Below, piece after piece: positions 8,284-16,795 of a stretch of 20,000 bases of DNA (positions within the stretch are counted from its first letter, which is position 1; every line of letters starts with the position of its first letter). The notes under the pieces were generated by a model that saw only the letters and a program-made list of their open reading frames with translations, did no database searches and was not told the DNA's origin. Position numbers and translations under genes: made by a program. This DNA comes from an uncultured virus (IMG/VR IMGVR_UViG_3300017782_000010) (Duplodnaviria; Heunggongvirae; Uroviricota; Caudoviricetes): IMG/VR virus record IMGVR_UViG_3300017782_000010; one strand, given 5' to 3'.

Positions 8284-8292
8284 GATGTTACA

Positions 8293-8323
8293 CCTAAATA
8301 AATAATATACAAGGATATTTATA
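8293..8323. promoter_or_regulatory. Pair of oppositely oriented late promoters for gp48 (+) and gp4 (-)
   Basis: + strand CTAAATAAATA (ATAAATA at 8298-8304). - strand TATAAATA at 8316-8323. Confidence 0.75.
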
Positions 8324-8326
8324 ACG

Positions 8327-9385
8327 ATGCGTGGATTCTTAAACGAAATCAAAAATGTTGCAATTAACAGGGCAACGAACAGAATTAACAATGCACTGGG
8401 CGGTTTAGTCAGTCCTTTGGGAAGAGGTATTCCCAATAACATTGGTGGTACATTTCAAACGAATGTGTACAACACCCTTGCAAACAATCCCTTCAAAGGT
8501 GAAACCGTCATCTACCCAGAAGACTTAGGGTCAAATGACCAAGGCCACTATGTGCAGTTTTACATCAACGAACAACAAAATGCACAGGTGAACTTCCAAG
8601 GTAAAAGTCCAACATTTGCACCAAGTGGTGAACAGTTAAGTGGTGGTACATCAACTGCATCAATCAAACGTGCGCCTACCAAAAGATTGCAAAGTTCAAT
8701 TTGTATGTATATGCCCGCAACGGTTAGTGCATCACAGAACTCAAAGTATGGTGAAGTAGAAATTGGCGCCGCAGTTGCGACTGCACTTGCAGCGTATAAA
8801 GGATACCAAGATGGTACAGGTTTCTTTGGTACAATGGAATCTGTTTTTGCAAACGCATCACCAACAATGAAAGAGAATTTGGCCGAGGCAGGTAAGAAGG
8901 CACTTGACATTGCAGCGCCAGGCGCCAAGGCGGCGATTGACATTGCGAGAGGTAAGGTTACAAACAACCGTATGGAGATGGTATTTGAGGGTGTTGATAG
9001 AAGGTCATTCAGTTTCAGTTTCAAGATGATGCCCAAGTCAGAGGCAGAGGCGATTGCAGTCGATAAGATTGTCAATATGTTTAGGTTCTACATGGCACCA
9101 TCATTTGACAGTGCGGCCACTCAATCCAGAACATTCATCGTACCAGCAACATTTGATATTGAGTATTATTATAACCCTGGCAAGAGAAACAAATTCTTGA
9201 ACAGGATTTCAACTTGTGTTCTTGAATCATGTAACGTCACATATGGTGGAGAACGTACACAGTTCTTCAGACCAACAAGTGGTGGTGTACATGGTGATGG
9301 TGCTCCCCCTGTTGAAACTTCTATTGAGTTGTCATTCAAAGAACTGGAAGTTATCACCAGAGAAAAAATTGCAGAGGGTTTCTAA
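8327..9385 (+). CDS. 48: Baseplate tail tube cap gp48
   Basis: YPEDL, ICMYMP, NNRMEMVFEGVDRRSFSFSFKMMPKSEAEA, CVLESCNVTY and LSFKELE. Confidence 0.88.
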   Translation: MRGFLNEIKNVAINRATNRINNALGGLVSPLGRGIPNNIGGTFQTNVYNTLANNPFKGETVIYPEDLGSNDQGHYVQFYINEQQNAQVNFQGKSPTFAPSGEQLSGGTSTASIKRAPTKRLQSSICMYMPATVSASQNSKYGEVEIGAAVATALAAYKGYQDGTGFFGTMESVFANASPTMKENLAEAGKKALDIAAPGAKAAIDIARGKVTNNRMEMVFEGVDRRSFSFSFKMMPKSEAEAIAVDKIVNMFRFYMAPSFDSAATQSRTFIVPATFDIEYYYNPGKRNKFLNRISTCVLESCNVTYGGERTQFFRPTSGGVHGDGAPPVETSIELSFKELEVITREKIAEGF

Positions 9386-9913
9386 ATGTCATATTTTTCT
9401 ATGTTCCCAGAGATTGTTTACGATGCAAAAGGTAATAACAAGTATACACTGATGAAAGACATCTTTCGCAGAGTGAAGATTAGTTCATCTGCAAGGAACG
9501 CCGTCATGGAGTATGATTACTATGATGTACAGGATGGAGAGGCACCAGAAATTATTGCATACAAGTATTATGGTGATGCAGAGTTACACTGGACTATTCT
9601 AGTTGCAAACAACATTGTAGATTACTATCACGATTGGCCCATGTCATCACAGACATTTGAACAGTATATGAAAGAGAAGTACACGAACCCAGACGCAATC
9701 CATCATTACGAAATCGAACAAACATCTGGTGACACAACTGAGGTGATTGATGTAGGAATGAATACTACAGACTATCCATCTGCGACACCGATTTCTAACT
9801 ACACATACGAGACAAGAATCCAAGATGTGAAACGACAAATCAGATTGATACAACCGCAATATATTGAAGACTTTGTAGACGAATTTGAGACAAAACTTAA
9901 AGAAGGTGATTAA
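9386..9913 (+). CDS. 53: Baseplate wedge subunit gp53
   Basis: MSYFSMFP, YDVQDGEAPEIIAYKYYGDAELHWTILVANNI, DWPMS and IHHYE. Confidence 0.93.
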   Translation: MSYFSMFPEIVYDAKGNNKYTLMKDIFRRVKISSSARNAVMEYDYYDVQDGEAPEIIAYKYYGDAELHWTILVANNIVDYYHDWPMSSQTFEQYMKEKYTNPDAIHHYEIEQTSGDTTEVIDVGMNTTDYPSATPISNYTYETRIQDVKRQIRLIQPQYIEDFVDEFETKLKEGD

Positions 9914-9915
9914 AC

Positions 9916-11295
9916 ATGGCTAGAGGTGACTTGCAATTTGCGGGCGAATTTCTGGTTCAACGTGCAGAGTTATTAACTGCATCTGGTACAACATATGATA
10001 TCAGACAGTTGATTCAATCCATCAACATATACGAAGACATTTTCTCAACCGCAGTCAGTGGAGATATTGTTCTGAAAGATACCAACAACATGGTTGCAAA
10101 CGGCCCAATTGTTGGTGAAGAACGTCTGTTACTAAAAATCCACACACCACAAGCGAATCCAAATGAAGATTCAGTAATCGACTATACAGACACACCGTTG
10201 ATACTGTATCGTGTAAACCTTGTGACAGGTGAGGGTGAGAATGCATTGTTGTATTCACTAAACTTCACAACACAAGAGGCCATTCGCAATCAAACATCAA
10301 GAGTTTCACAATCATACAGAGGTCAACCGTCTGAGATTGTAGAGAAGATTGTAAGAGATAAGAACTATCTGGACTCCACTAGAAGATTATTCCTTGAGGA
10401 AACTGCAAACAATACAATGGTTCTATTTCCAAACATCAAACCATTTATGGCCATCAATCATCTCAAGAAGATATCAAATTCAAAACAGTACAATCAATCA
10501 CCAGCGTGGTTGTTCTATGAAACCTGTAAGGGGTTTCACTTCAGAACATTAGACGGTCTTGCAAGTCAAGAAACCAAATGGGAGTTTGAAGAGAACATAC
10601 CGAATACGTTAGATGAAAAAGGTGTGATTAGTGCAGAAAAAAATCTACATACGATGAATAGTTTCTCGATTCAACCGACAAGAGATACTATATATAATAT
10701 GAGTGAAGGTCTTTACTCATCAAAGTTAAGAGTGCATGATTTGTACAACAAATCAGTCAAAGATTATGATTACAATTATTTGGACAGTTTTGCAAATGAT
10801 ATCCACACAGAAACTAATGGTTCACCAATTGTTTCAGACTCAATCGACAGTTCTACAGGTAAACGCCTGAGTGACCATTCGGACACTAAACTATTTGTTT
10901 CGACAACAAGTAGTGGAAAACATTTTTATGAGACACAAGACTATCCATACCAAAGTGACAACTTAGAGAATACACTACAACGAGGTAAATCTAGAGTGCA
11001 ACAGTTTGAAAAGGGTGTCAAAGTACAAGTCCAAGCGCCAGGCCAAACTTACATACAGGCTGGTGACATCATCCAACTCAAAGTTGGACAGACATCTGCA
11101 ACGTCAACTGGTAAGTATGATATGCAACACTCTGGAAGATACGTTCTCACTGCACTTAGACATCAATTCAACCTCACTGGTGACCCCAGACATACAATCT
11201 ATATGGAGGCAACCAAGGATAGTCTAATCGAACAATTACCATCAAGTGGCGCCCAGTACTCTAACAATGGGTCGGCCCAAACAGTAACCACATAG
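9916..11295 (+). CDS. Baseplate hub protein (gp27-like / phage late control D-like)
   Basis: 459 aa following gp53. Motifs INIYEDIFS, LFYETCKGFHFRTLDGL, PGQTYIQAGD and SGRYVLTALRHQF. Confidence 0.75.
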   Translation: MARGDLQFAGEFLVQRAELLTASGTTYDIRQLIQSINIYEDIFSTAVSGDIVLKDTNNMVANGPIVGEERLLLKIHTPQANPNEDSVIDYTDTPLILYRVNLVTGEGENALLYSLNFTTQEAIRNQTSRVSQSYRGQPSEIVEKIVRDKNYLDSTRRLFLEETANNTMVLFPNIKPFMAINHLKKISNSKQYNQSPAWLFYETCKGFHFRTLDGLASQETKWEFEENIPNTLDEKGVISAEKNLHTMNSFSIQPTRDTIYNMSEGLYSSKLRVHDLYNKSVKDYDYNYLDSFANDIHTETNGSPIVSDSIDSSTGKRLSDHSDTKLFVSTTSSGKHFYETQDYPYQSDNLENTLQRGKSRVQQFEKGVKVQVQAPGQTYIQAGDIIQLKVGQTSATSTGKYDMQHSGRYVLTALRHQFNLTGDPRHTIYMEATKDSLIEQLPSSGAQYSNNGSAQTVTT

Positions 11296-11362
11296 GAGGC
11301 AAGTCATAACAACTCAAGAAATCTTTGTCATGATAGTTAAATCACATAGAGAAGGAATTCAC

Positions 11363-11539
11363 ATGAAAGCGAAACAAAAACAGAAACTAAAAAAGTTCAC
11401 CAATTTGCAGAGACAATCAAGGGAGTTAGAACCTATGAACCCAGAGGAACATAAATACATTAAAGAGTTGTTAGAGAAAGTAGACCATGAAAACATTTCA
11501 AGACTTACAAGAGGGAGTTTACGACCCCAATATATTTAA
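11363..11539 (+). CDS. Possible small basic hypothetical protein
   Basis: SD AAGGA and ATG at 11363. Overlaps the next gene by 53 nt and contains its promoter, so uncertain. Confidence 0.35.
   Translation: MKAKQKQKLKKFTNLQRQSRELEPMNPEEHKYIKELLEKVDHENISRLTRGSLRPQYI
11451..11457 (+). promoter_or_regulatory. Late promoter for the kinase gene
   Basis: ATAAATA ending 29 nt upstream of ATG 11487. Confidence 0.6.
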
Positions 11540-12155
11540 AGCCATATTCATGGCAGGTGGGCCTGGCAGTGGTAAGTCTTATGTTGCAAGACGAACCACT
11601 GGTGGGATGGGTATGAAGATGGTCAACAGCGATGACATCTATGAAAAGATGTTGAATGACGCTGGACTAGATACCACACCAGAAGACATTTATTCAGACC
11701 AAGGACAAGAGATTCGTGGACGAGCGAAAGGTGTTACCAAACGTATGCAAGGTAACTTCCTTGAAGGACGTTTAGGACTCATCATTGACGGTACAGGTAA
11801 AGACTACGACAAGATTGCAAAACAGGTACAAGGCCTGAGAGCTCTTGGTTACGAATGTTACATGATATTTGTCAATACATCACTTGATACTGCACAGGAA
11901 CAGAATGCAAAACGCAAACGTACACTTCCAGAGAAGGAAGTTACTACAATGTGGAATGCGGTGCAAAACAACATTGGTAAATTCCAGAGATTATTCGGTG
12001 GTAAGAACTTCATCATTGTCGATAATAACATGGCTGGTGAAGACGTATTTGAAAAGGTCTGGAAAAGATGTATGTTACTGATTCGCAAAAAGGTCACGAA
12101 TCGCATCGCAAAAGCGTGGATTGCGAAGGAACTCGCAAAGAAAAACAGAAATTAA
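11487..12155 (+). CDS. P-loop kinase (zeta-toxin/AAA_33-like) with T4 capsid-targeting-like N-terminus
   Basis: Walker A GGPGSGKS, VNSDD, Walker B-like LIIDGTG, lid-like NAKRKR. N-terminus MKTFQDLQE. Confidence 0.85.
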   Translation: MKTFQDLQEGVYDPNIFKAIFMAGGPGSGKSYVARRTTGGMGMKMVNSDDIYEKMLNDAGLDTTPEDIYSDQGQEIRGRAKGVTKRMQGNFLEGRLGLIIDGTGKDYDKIAKQVQGLRALGYECYMIFVNTSLDTAQEQNAKRKRTLPEKEVTTMWNAVQNNIGKFQRLFGGKNFIIVDNNMAGEDVFEKVWKRCMLLIRKKVTNRIAKAWIAKELAKKNRN

Positions 12156-12160
12156 TTTAG

Positions 12161-12187
12161 AAACCCTTGATTTACAAGGGTTTTTTT
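12161..12187 (+). terminator. Stem-loop terminator (repeat copy 1)
   Basis: AAACCCTTG-ATTTA-CAAGGGTTT followed by a T tract. Confidence 0.85.
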
Positions 12188-12200
12188 CTTTATAAACCTC

Positions 12201-12229
12201 TTGACATTGTTCTCATAACATGATAGCAT
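12201..12229 (+). promoter_or_regulatory. Early sigma70-type promoter
   Basis: TTGACA-N17-TAGCAT with extended -10 TG. Confidence 0.75.
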
Positions 12230-12262
12230 AACTATAGAAACTGAGAGAAGAGGTTCTATATT

Positions 12263-12913
12263 ATGTACAACAGTTCAACAGATGCCTACCAAGCGGCTGC
12301 AAAAATCATGTCTCATGATTATGCAAACAAGTACGCTAATTACTGGTCAAAGAAAAACAAGGTAATTAAAACAGGTAAGGCCAACTTCAAAGATGCCGGT
12401 CGTCAAAAGACCTACAATGCAGAATTCGCTGCCATTGCAGAGTATCGAAACAAATATCCCAATGACGTAAAATTCAAACGATTGAACTGGAAACAGTCAG
12501 AACGATATTTCAAGAAGATTGCAAAGTCTAAAACCTATCAGGCATTGTGCAAGAAAGAGGATGCGTCACGTTATGGTCGATTAGACCCACAACTTGAACT
12601 TGCACACTTTCGTGGACGCACCGCTGGACAGGCGACTTGGTATGGTACAATGCGTCTTCAAGAGAACAACTGTCCTTACACAATCATTCATGAGTTCGCA
12701 CACTTGTGTGGGAATATGCATCATGACATTGGATTCCGTAGGGATGTAATCAAACTGTCTTCACGGTTCTTAGGAACTGAGTTTGCAAAAATGTTAAAAG
12801 GTCAGTTTAAGAAGGCCAAACTGAAAGTTACCGTATCGCAACACATTATGACACCAGAAAAGTGGATTGAGAGTGTGATGCGTATGGAGAAAATACGAGA
12901 AGGAAATATATGA
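12263..12913 (+). CDS. HEXXH zinc metalloprotease-like protein (resembles Rv0185/TIGR04338 and SprT-like families)
   Basis: TIIHEFAHL...HHDIGF. N-terminal KDAGRQKTYNAE resembles the Rv0185-family motif. SD GAGG. Confidence 0.75.
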   Translation: MYNSSTDAYQAAAKIMSHDYANKYANYWSKKNKVIKTGKANFKDAGRQKTYNAEFAAIAEYRNKYPNDVKFKRLNWKQSERYFKKIAKSKTYQALCKKEDASRYGRLDPQLELAHFRGRTAGQATWYGTMRLQENNCPYTIIHEFAHLCGNMHHDIGFRRDVIKLSSRFLGTEFAKMLKGQFKKAKLKVTVSQHIMTPEKWIESVMRMEKIREGNI

Positions 12914-13419
12914 TGAAAATATACTTGGATATGGATGGTGTACTTGCAGACTTCTTTACAGGGTTTGCAAATCACTTTGGAAAAGACCACTGGAAACAAA
13001 TCCAGAATAAAGAGAAGTCGATACAGGAACTACAAGGTACTGACTTCTTCAATACACTTGATACCTATTCATCAACAATGGAGTTAGTCAACTTTGTACA
13101 GACTCTTGTTGGTGATGACGATTGGGGTATCTGTTCCTCACCACTGAGAGGTGATAGAGACAACTCTGCATATTGGAAGAGAGTTTGGTTAACCAGACAC
13201 TTCATCTTGCCGAAGATAGAGAACCTTATCTTTACTGGTCAGAAAGAAAGATATGCAATGGACAAGATTGATGGAAAACCAAATGTCTTGATTGATGACA
13301 AACCAGACAACGTAGGACGATGGATTGCGAAGGGTGGTATTGGAATCAGATATCAGGCCAATGAGGATAGTCTTGTAGACCTCAAACAAAAGTTGATAAA
13401 AGCCGTAGAAAGTTCTTGA
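12910..13419 (+). CDS. HAD-family 5'(3')-deoxyribonucleotidase-like protein
   Basis: YLDMDGVLADF (motif I), ICSSP and LIDDKPDN...WIAKGGIGI. Confidence 0.88.
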   Translation: MMKIYLDMDGVLADFFTGFANHFGKDHWKQIQNKEKSIQELQGTDFFNTLDTYSSTMELVNFVQTLVGDDDWGICSSPLRGDRDNSAYWKRVWLTRHFILPKIENLIFTGQKERYAMDKIDGKPNVLIDDKPDNVGRWIAKGGIGIRYQANEDSLVDLKQKLIKAVESS

Positions 13420-13444
13420 CTTTTGTTGTGATAACAGGTATACT
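13416..13444 (+). promoter_or_regulatory. Early sigma70-type promoter
   Basis: TTGACT-N17-TATACT, followed by SD GAGGAG. Confidence 0.85.
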
Positions 13445-13471
13445 ATGTATAGATAATAGAGGAGTGATTCG

Positions 13472-13897
13472 ATGGAATATGTGATGGAAAAAGAACTTGT
13501 GGACGTTATCAATACTCAACGTGCAGAGGCGATTGAGTTTTCTAAACAACCCAACTGTTGGATGGGTATGTATGTTGAACCCTCTGATACCAAGTATTGG
13601 TCAGAGCGTGTACCTTCTGGTACACTAAAGGAGTTCAACCGCATCAATCTTGAAGAGGATGCATACTACGCTGTTGCAGACGCATACAGTAAATCGTATG
13701 CTCGTTCTTTTGATTTTGCATCTATGACAGATGCAGAGGTTGAGGAAATCTTTGACGATGCCTGTGCGTCAATGGAACGTGAACGCAAGTGGGAAGAACA
13801 AATGAAAAAGGAAGCGATTGAGGAAGAGACAAATCTTGCGAAGTCGCTAGGGATTGATGTTCCCACACTACAACGGTGGATACAGGAGGCAGCGTAA
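13472..13897 (+). CDS. Hypothetical early protein
   Basis: 141 aa, SD GAGGAG. C-terminal LAKSLGIDVPTLQRW is reminiscent of an HTH. Confidence 0.8.
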   Translation: MEYVMEKELVDVINTQRAEAIEFSKQPNCWMGMYVEPSDTKYWSERVPSGTLKEFNRINLEEDAYYAVADAYSKSYARSFDFASMTDAEVEEIFDDACASMERERKWEEQMKKEAIEEETNLAKSLGIDVPTLQRWIQEAA

Positions 13898-14163
13898 TGG
13901 AAAACTTTAGTGATTTAAAATTTCATAAGTTCATGGATGGTATCGCCGCCAGTGTAACGTATGGTGAATACGAACTGTCGGTTGTACAACACTCTAGTTC
14001 TTATGGTGGTAATGGTGGTCTGTATGAGATTGCAGTGTTCAAGGGTCATGAAATGTTAGAGATGCCTGGCATCACTGAAGATGGTGACACCGTAAAAGGT
14101 TGGTTGACAGAAGATGCAGTCACAGGAATCATGAAGAAGATGATTGCAATTGGAGGCCCGTAG
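13897..14163 (+). CDS. Conserved phage hypothetical protein
   Basis: SD GGAGG and TAATG coupling. SVV..SYGG..GLYEIAVF...VKGWLT resembles a recurrent small phage family. Confidence 0.8.
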   Translation: MENFSDLKFHKFMDGIAASVTYGEYELSVVQHSSSYGGNGGLYEIAVFKGHEMLEMPGITEDGDTVKGWLTEDAVTGIMKKMIAIGGP

Positions 14164-14165
14164 TA

Positions 14166-14456
14166 ATGTTGTTTGCAAAGTGGCGTGATTGGACACCAGA
14201 GGATTGTTACAAGGGATATGAACTTGGACTTCAAGAACATGAGTATGATGACAATCTCAAGTGGGATTGGACAATCTACAAGTTTGTAGAAGAACGGTCT
14301 TATGATGGCCGCCCTCTTGCACGAAAGGTATTCACTCAACAGATGTACGAAGAAGTGTGCAGTTTGGATGTGTCACCTTATGAAAGAAACAGGGGTACAA
14401 TTCGTGATTTGTTTCAAAAACAAGTTACAAAACTACTTGACAATGACAGTGAATGA
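14166..14456 (+). CDS. Hypothetical protein
   Basis: SD GGAGG, ATG 14166 (MLFAKWRDWTPEDCYKG...), 96 aa. Confidence 0.7.
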   Translation: MLFAKWRDWTPEDCYKGYELGLQEHEYDDNLKWDWTIYKFVEERSYDGRPLARKVFTQQMYEEVCSLDVSPYERNRGTIRDLFQKQVTKLLDNDSE

Positions 14457-14465
14457 TGGTATTAT
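14437..14465 (+). promoter_or_regulatory. Early sigma70-type promoter
   Basis: TTGACA-N17-TATTAT with extended -10 TG. Confidence 0.85.
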
Positions 14466-14501
14466 AAGAAGTAAAATGAGTGAGAAAGGTTTGGTTATGT
14501 G

Positions 14502-14645
14502 ATGGATTACGACACACTAGAAGAAGCGGTTGCGGCCGCCAAGGAAATGGTTGTCGATTTGGAAACGATTGTGAAGATTACTATTGAAACGAATGGTAAG
14601 TATCAGTTGTTTGGAACTGGTAAGGTTGTACAGGTTGTAGAATGA
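14502..14645 (+). CDS. Small hypothetical protein (47 aa, not in ORF track)
   Basis: MDYDTLEEAVAAAKEMVVDLETIVKITIETNGKYQLFGTGKVVQVVE. An in-frame GTG at 14499 is an alternative start. Confidence 0.7.
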   Translation: MDYDTLEEAVAAAKEMVVDLETIVKITIETNGKYQLFGTGKVVQVVE

Positions 14646-14797
14646 CCAATTATGATTTATTATGTTTGCGTATATCTAAGGTAGAAAGACACCTAGAGAA
14701 GATGCAAGATTGGGGTTGTACATCATGGGCAGTAAATTACTGGCAAGGTGTATTGAGTGCGTTATACACTCAGATACCCAAGGAGAAATTGAATTGA
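14642..14797 (+). CDS. Small hypothetical protein (51 aa, not in ORF track)
   Basis: MTNYDLLCLRISKVERHLEKMQDWGCTSWAVNYWQGVLSALYTQIPKEKLN. ATGA and TGATG couplings on the two sides. Confidence 0.7.
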   Translation: MTNYDLLCLRISKVERHLEKMQDWGCTSWAVNYWQGVLSALYTQIPKEKLN

Positions 14798-15081
14798 TGG
14801 AAAGGTTTCAGTTTGTAAAGGGTAGGAAATCACCCAAAGACCACATCATGTTATTCAATGGTGTTGCAGTCAAGTTTGAGGACGTTGCAAAGATGTGTCT
14901 CTTCTTCATGAAGAATGAAGATAATCTGTATCCACCAGAGAAGGGGTTCAAAGGGGCTACACTGTTCAAGGAATATATGTACGAAGTCTTAGAGACACGA
15001 CAGATTCCACAGGACAGGAAGTATGAAATCAAGAAAAACAAACTAACCAAAATAACAGAGGAAGGTGAAATATATGAGTAA
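14797..15081 (+). CDS. Hypothetical protein
   Basis: SD AGGAG, ATG 14797 (MERFQFVKGRK...NEDNLYPPEKGFKG), 94 aa. Confidence 0.7.
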   Translation: MERFQFVKGRKSPKDHIMLFNGVAVKFEDVAKMCLFFMKNEDNLYPPEKGFKGATLFKEYMYEVLETRQIPQDRKYEIKKNKLTKITEEGEIYE

Positions 15082-15289
15082 TCAACGAGCCGGAAAATGG
15101 AAATCTGCAACACTGCGTGATGGTGGTGGGATGCAACAGGTGAACTTCTTTAAGTATGCAAAGGAAGTACTTGAGAGTGAGGGTCATGAAGACGCCGCAT
15201 TCTATTTTGAACAAATTGAATCGTGGTTGCGTGAGGGTAAATCATTACCACAAGATTCACGTTCAATCGCACACGCATTGGGCGTATAA
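15074..15289 (+). CDS. Hypothetical protein
   Basis: SD AGGTG, MSNQRAGKWKSA...DAAFYFEQIESWLREG. Confidence 0.7.
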   Translation: MSNQRAGKWKSATLRDGGGMQQVNFFKYAKEVLESEGHEDAAFYFEQIESWLREGKSLPQDSRSIAHALGV

Positions 15290-15304
15290 TATAAGGAGTA
15301 AAAA

Positions 15305-15715
15305 ATGAAATATCTAATATTTGGTATCGCCATCCTATTTGGATTGGTGATGGCAACAAATGCAAATGCAGAAACAACGAAAGACCATTTCAAGACAGTC
15401 TTTCATAAAACACCACACTATGTCGAGGTCTGTTATGACAAACGAGTTAGTGGAGACAAGACAGGCGATACACTGAAGGGTGCAATCCTTGGTGGTGTTA
15501 TTGGTAACAATGTCGGTGACGTAGAAAATGGTGGCGCTATTGGTGCAATCATTGGGGGTATGTTAGGACACAACAATAGTAATGCATCTGGTGGTACTAA
15601 AACTATCTGTCAGACGGAGACTAGATATACAGAGGAGAAGAGAACAATCTATTCTCACTCTACAGTAACCTTCACACATGAGGGTAAATCATATACATTG
15701 AGGTTTCAAAAATGA
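15305..15715 (+). CDS. Exported glycine-zipper 2TM domain protein
   Basis: Signal peptide ending ANA-E, GAILGGVIGNNVG...GAIGAIIGGMLG, two flanking Cys. SD AAGGAG. Confidence 0.85.
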   Translation: MKYLIFGIAILFGLVMATNANAETTKDHFKTVFHKTPHYVEVCYDKRVSGDKTGDTLKGAILGGVIGNNVGDVENGGAIGAIIGGMLGHNNSNASGGTKTICQTETRYTEEKRTIYSHSTVTFTHEGKSYTLRFQK

Positions 15716-15897
15716 CATATGAACCAGACACATTCATGTCTCAACCAGACGGTAAAATCGTCTACGAAGAGCATATTCGATATATCAAGGATGAAAACGG
15801 TGTGTTGACCAAACACACAGTGACCAGACACTTCTATGGTGATGGTGACTATCAAGACGGTCAACATTCAACACCACTAAACGGCCCAGATTGGTAA
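15712..15897 (+). CDS. Small hypothetical protein
   Basis: 61 aa, ATGA overlap, SD GAGG. Confidence 0.65.
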   Translation: MTYEPDTFMSQPDGKIVYEEHIRYIKDENGVLTKHTVTRHFYGDGDYQDGQHSTPLNGPDW

Positions 15898-15898
15898 T

Positions 15899-16795
15899 AT
15901 GATTCTTGCAGTACTGACATTACTGACGGCTCTTGCGATATCGGCAGTCGCCGCCTATTATAGTATCATCGGACTGATTGCAATTTTCAGTTCGGCCATG
16001 ATACCTATTGCAGTAATGGGAGTTGTTCTTGAAACAGGTAAGTTGGTGTCTGCCGCATGGGTATATCACCACTGGAAGAGAACACCAGTACTACTTAAAA
16101 CCTATCTCATCAGTGCAGTAGTTGTATTGATGTTTATCACCTCAATGGGTATCTTTGGTTTTCTATCAAAGGCACATATCGAACAAACCACAGTCAATTC
16201 AGACAACACACTTCAAATAGAACTAATCGAATCACAGATACAACGAGAGCGTGGTAGTATAGAACGTGCAGAGAACACTCTTGCACAGTTAGACGGTGCA
16301 TTAGAGAAGTATGTAGAACTAGGTGCAGTCACTAAGGGATTAACCGCTCGTAAAGACCAAGAGGCAGAACGAAATGAACTCAACGCAACGATTAATGAAT
16401 CAACAGATGTTATCACGAGCCTCACGAAGGAGATGTCAGAACTCAACGCAGACAGAATTGCAATTGAAGCAGAAGTCGGCCCAATCAAGTATATCGCAGA
16501 ACTTATCTACGGAGAGAGCACGACAGGAGTACTTGAAGATGCAGTCAGAGGAGTCATCCTCATCATAGTATTTGTCTTTGACCCACTTGCAGTTCTTTTG
16601 TTGGTTGCGGCCAATCAGTCACTTGTGCAAGAGAATAGAAGACGTAAACAACGCAACAGTGCAAGACGTTCACGACAGAGAAGAAAACAGGAAACTGCAT
16701 GGGAAAAGAAGGTCAAGGAAACCAAAGAACAGGGTGTATTGACCAAGGTAACCAGAACCGCTGACAACGGTACAAAGATGGAGTTTTACGAATGA
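15899..16795 (+). CDS. Multi-pass membrane protein with long coiled coil (DUF4407-like architecture)
   Basis: Three N-terminal TM helices, about 100 aa coiled coil, a fourth TM with IVFVFDPLAVLLL, Arg-rich tail. Confidence 0.8.
   Translation: MILAVLTLLTALAISAVAAYYSIIGLIAIFSSAMIPIAVMGVVLETGKLVSAAWVYHHWKRTPVLLKTYLISAVVVLMFITSMGIFGFLSKAHIEQTTVNSDNTLQIELIESQIQRERGSIERAENTLAQLDGALEKYVELGAVTKGLTARKDQEAERNELNATINESTDVITSLTKEMSELNADRIAIEAEVGPIKYIAELIYGESTTGVLEDAVRGVILIIVFVFDPLAVLLLVAANQSLVQENRRRKQRNSARRSRQRRKQETAWEKKVKETKEQGVLTKVTRTADNGTKMEFYE

Noticed and set aside
8284..8442. N-terminal extension of gp4 in the ORF track
   Set aside because: Overlaps gp48 and the promoters. The conserved gp4 sequence begins at MAYRGRY (8283).
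11363..12155. Epsilon/zeta toxin-antitoxin pair
   Set aside because: The upstream ORF shows no epsilon similarity that I can recognise, and the kinase has its own late motif and capsid-targeting-like leader.
15262..15290. sigma70 promoter before the glycine-zipper gene
   Set aside because: TATAAT is perfect but the -35 (TTCAAT) is poor and the leader would be very short.
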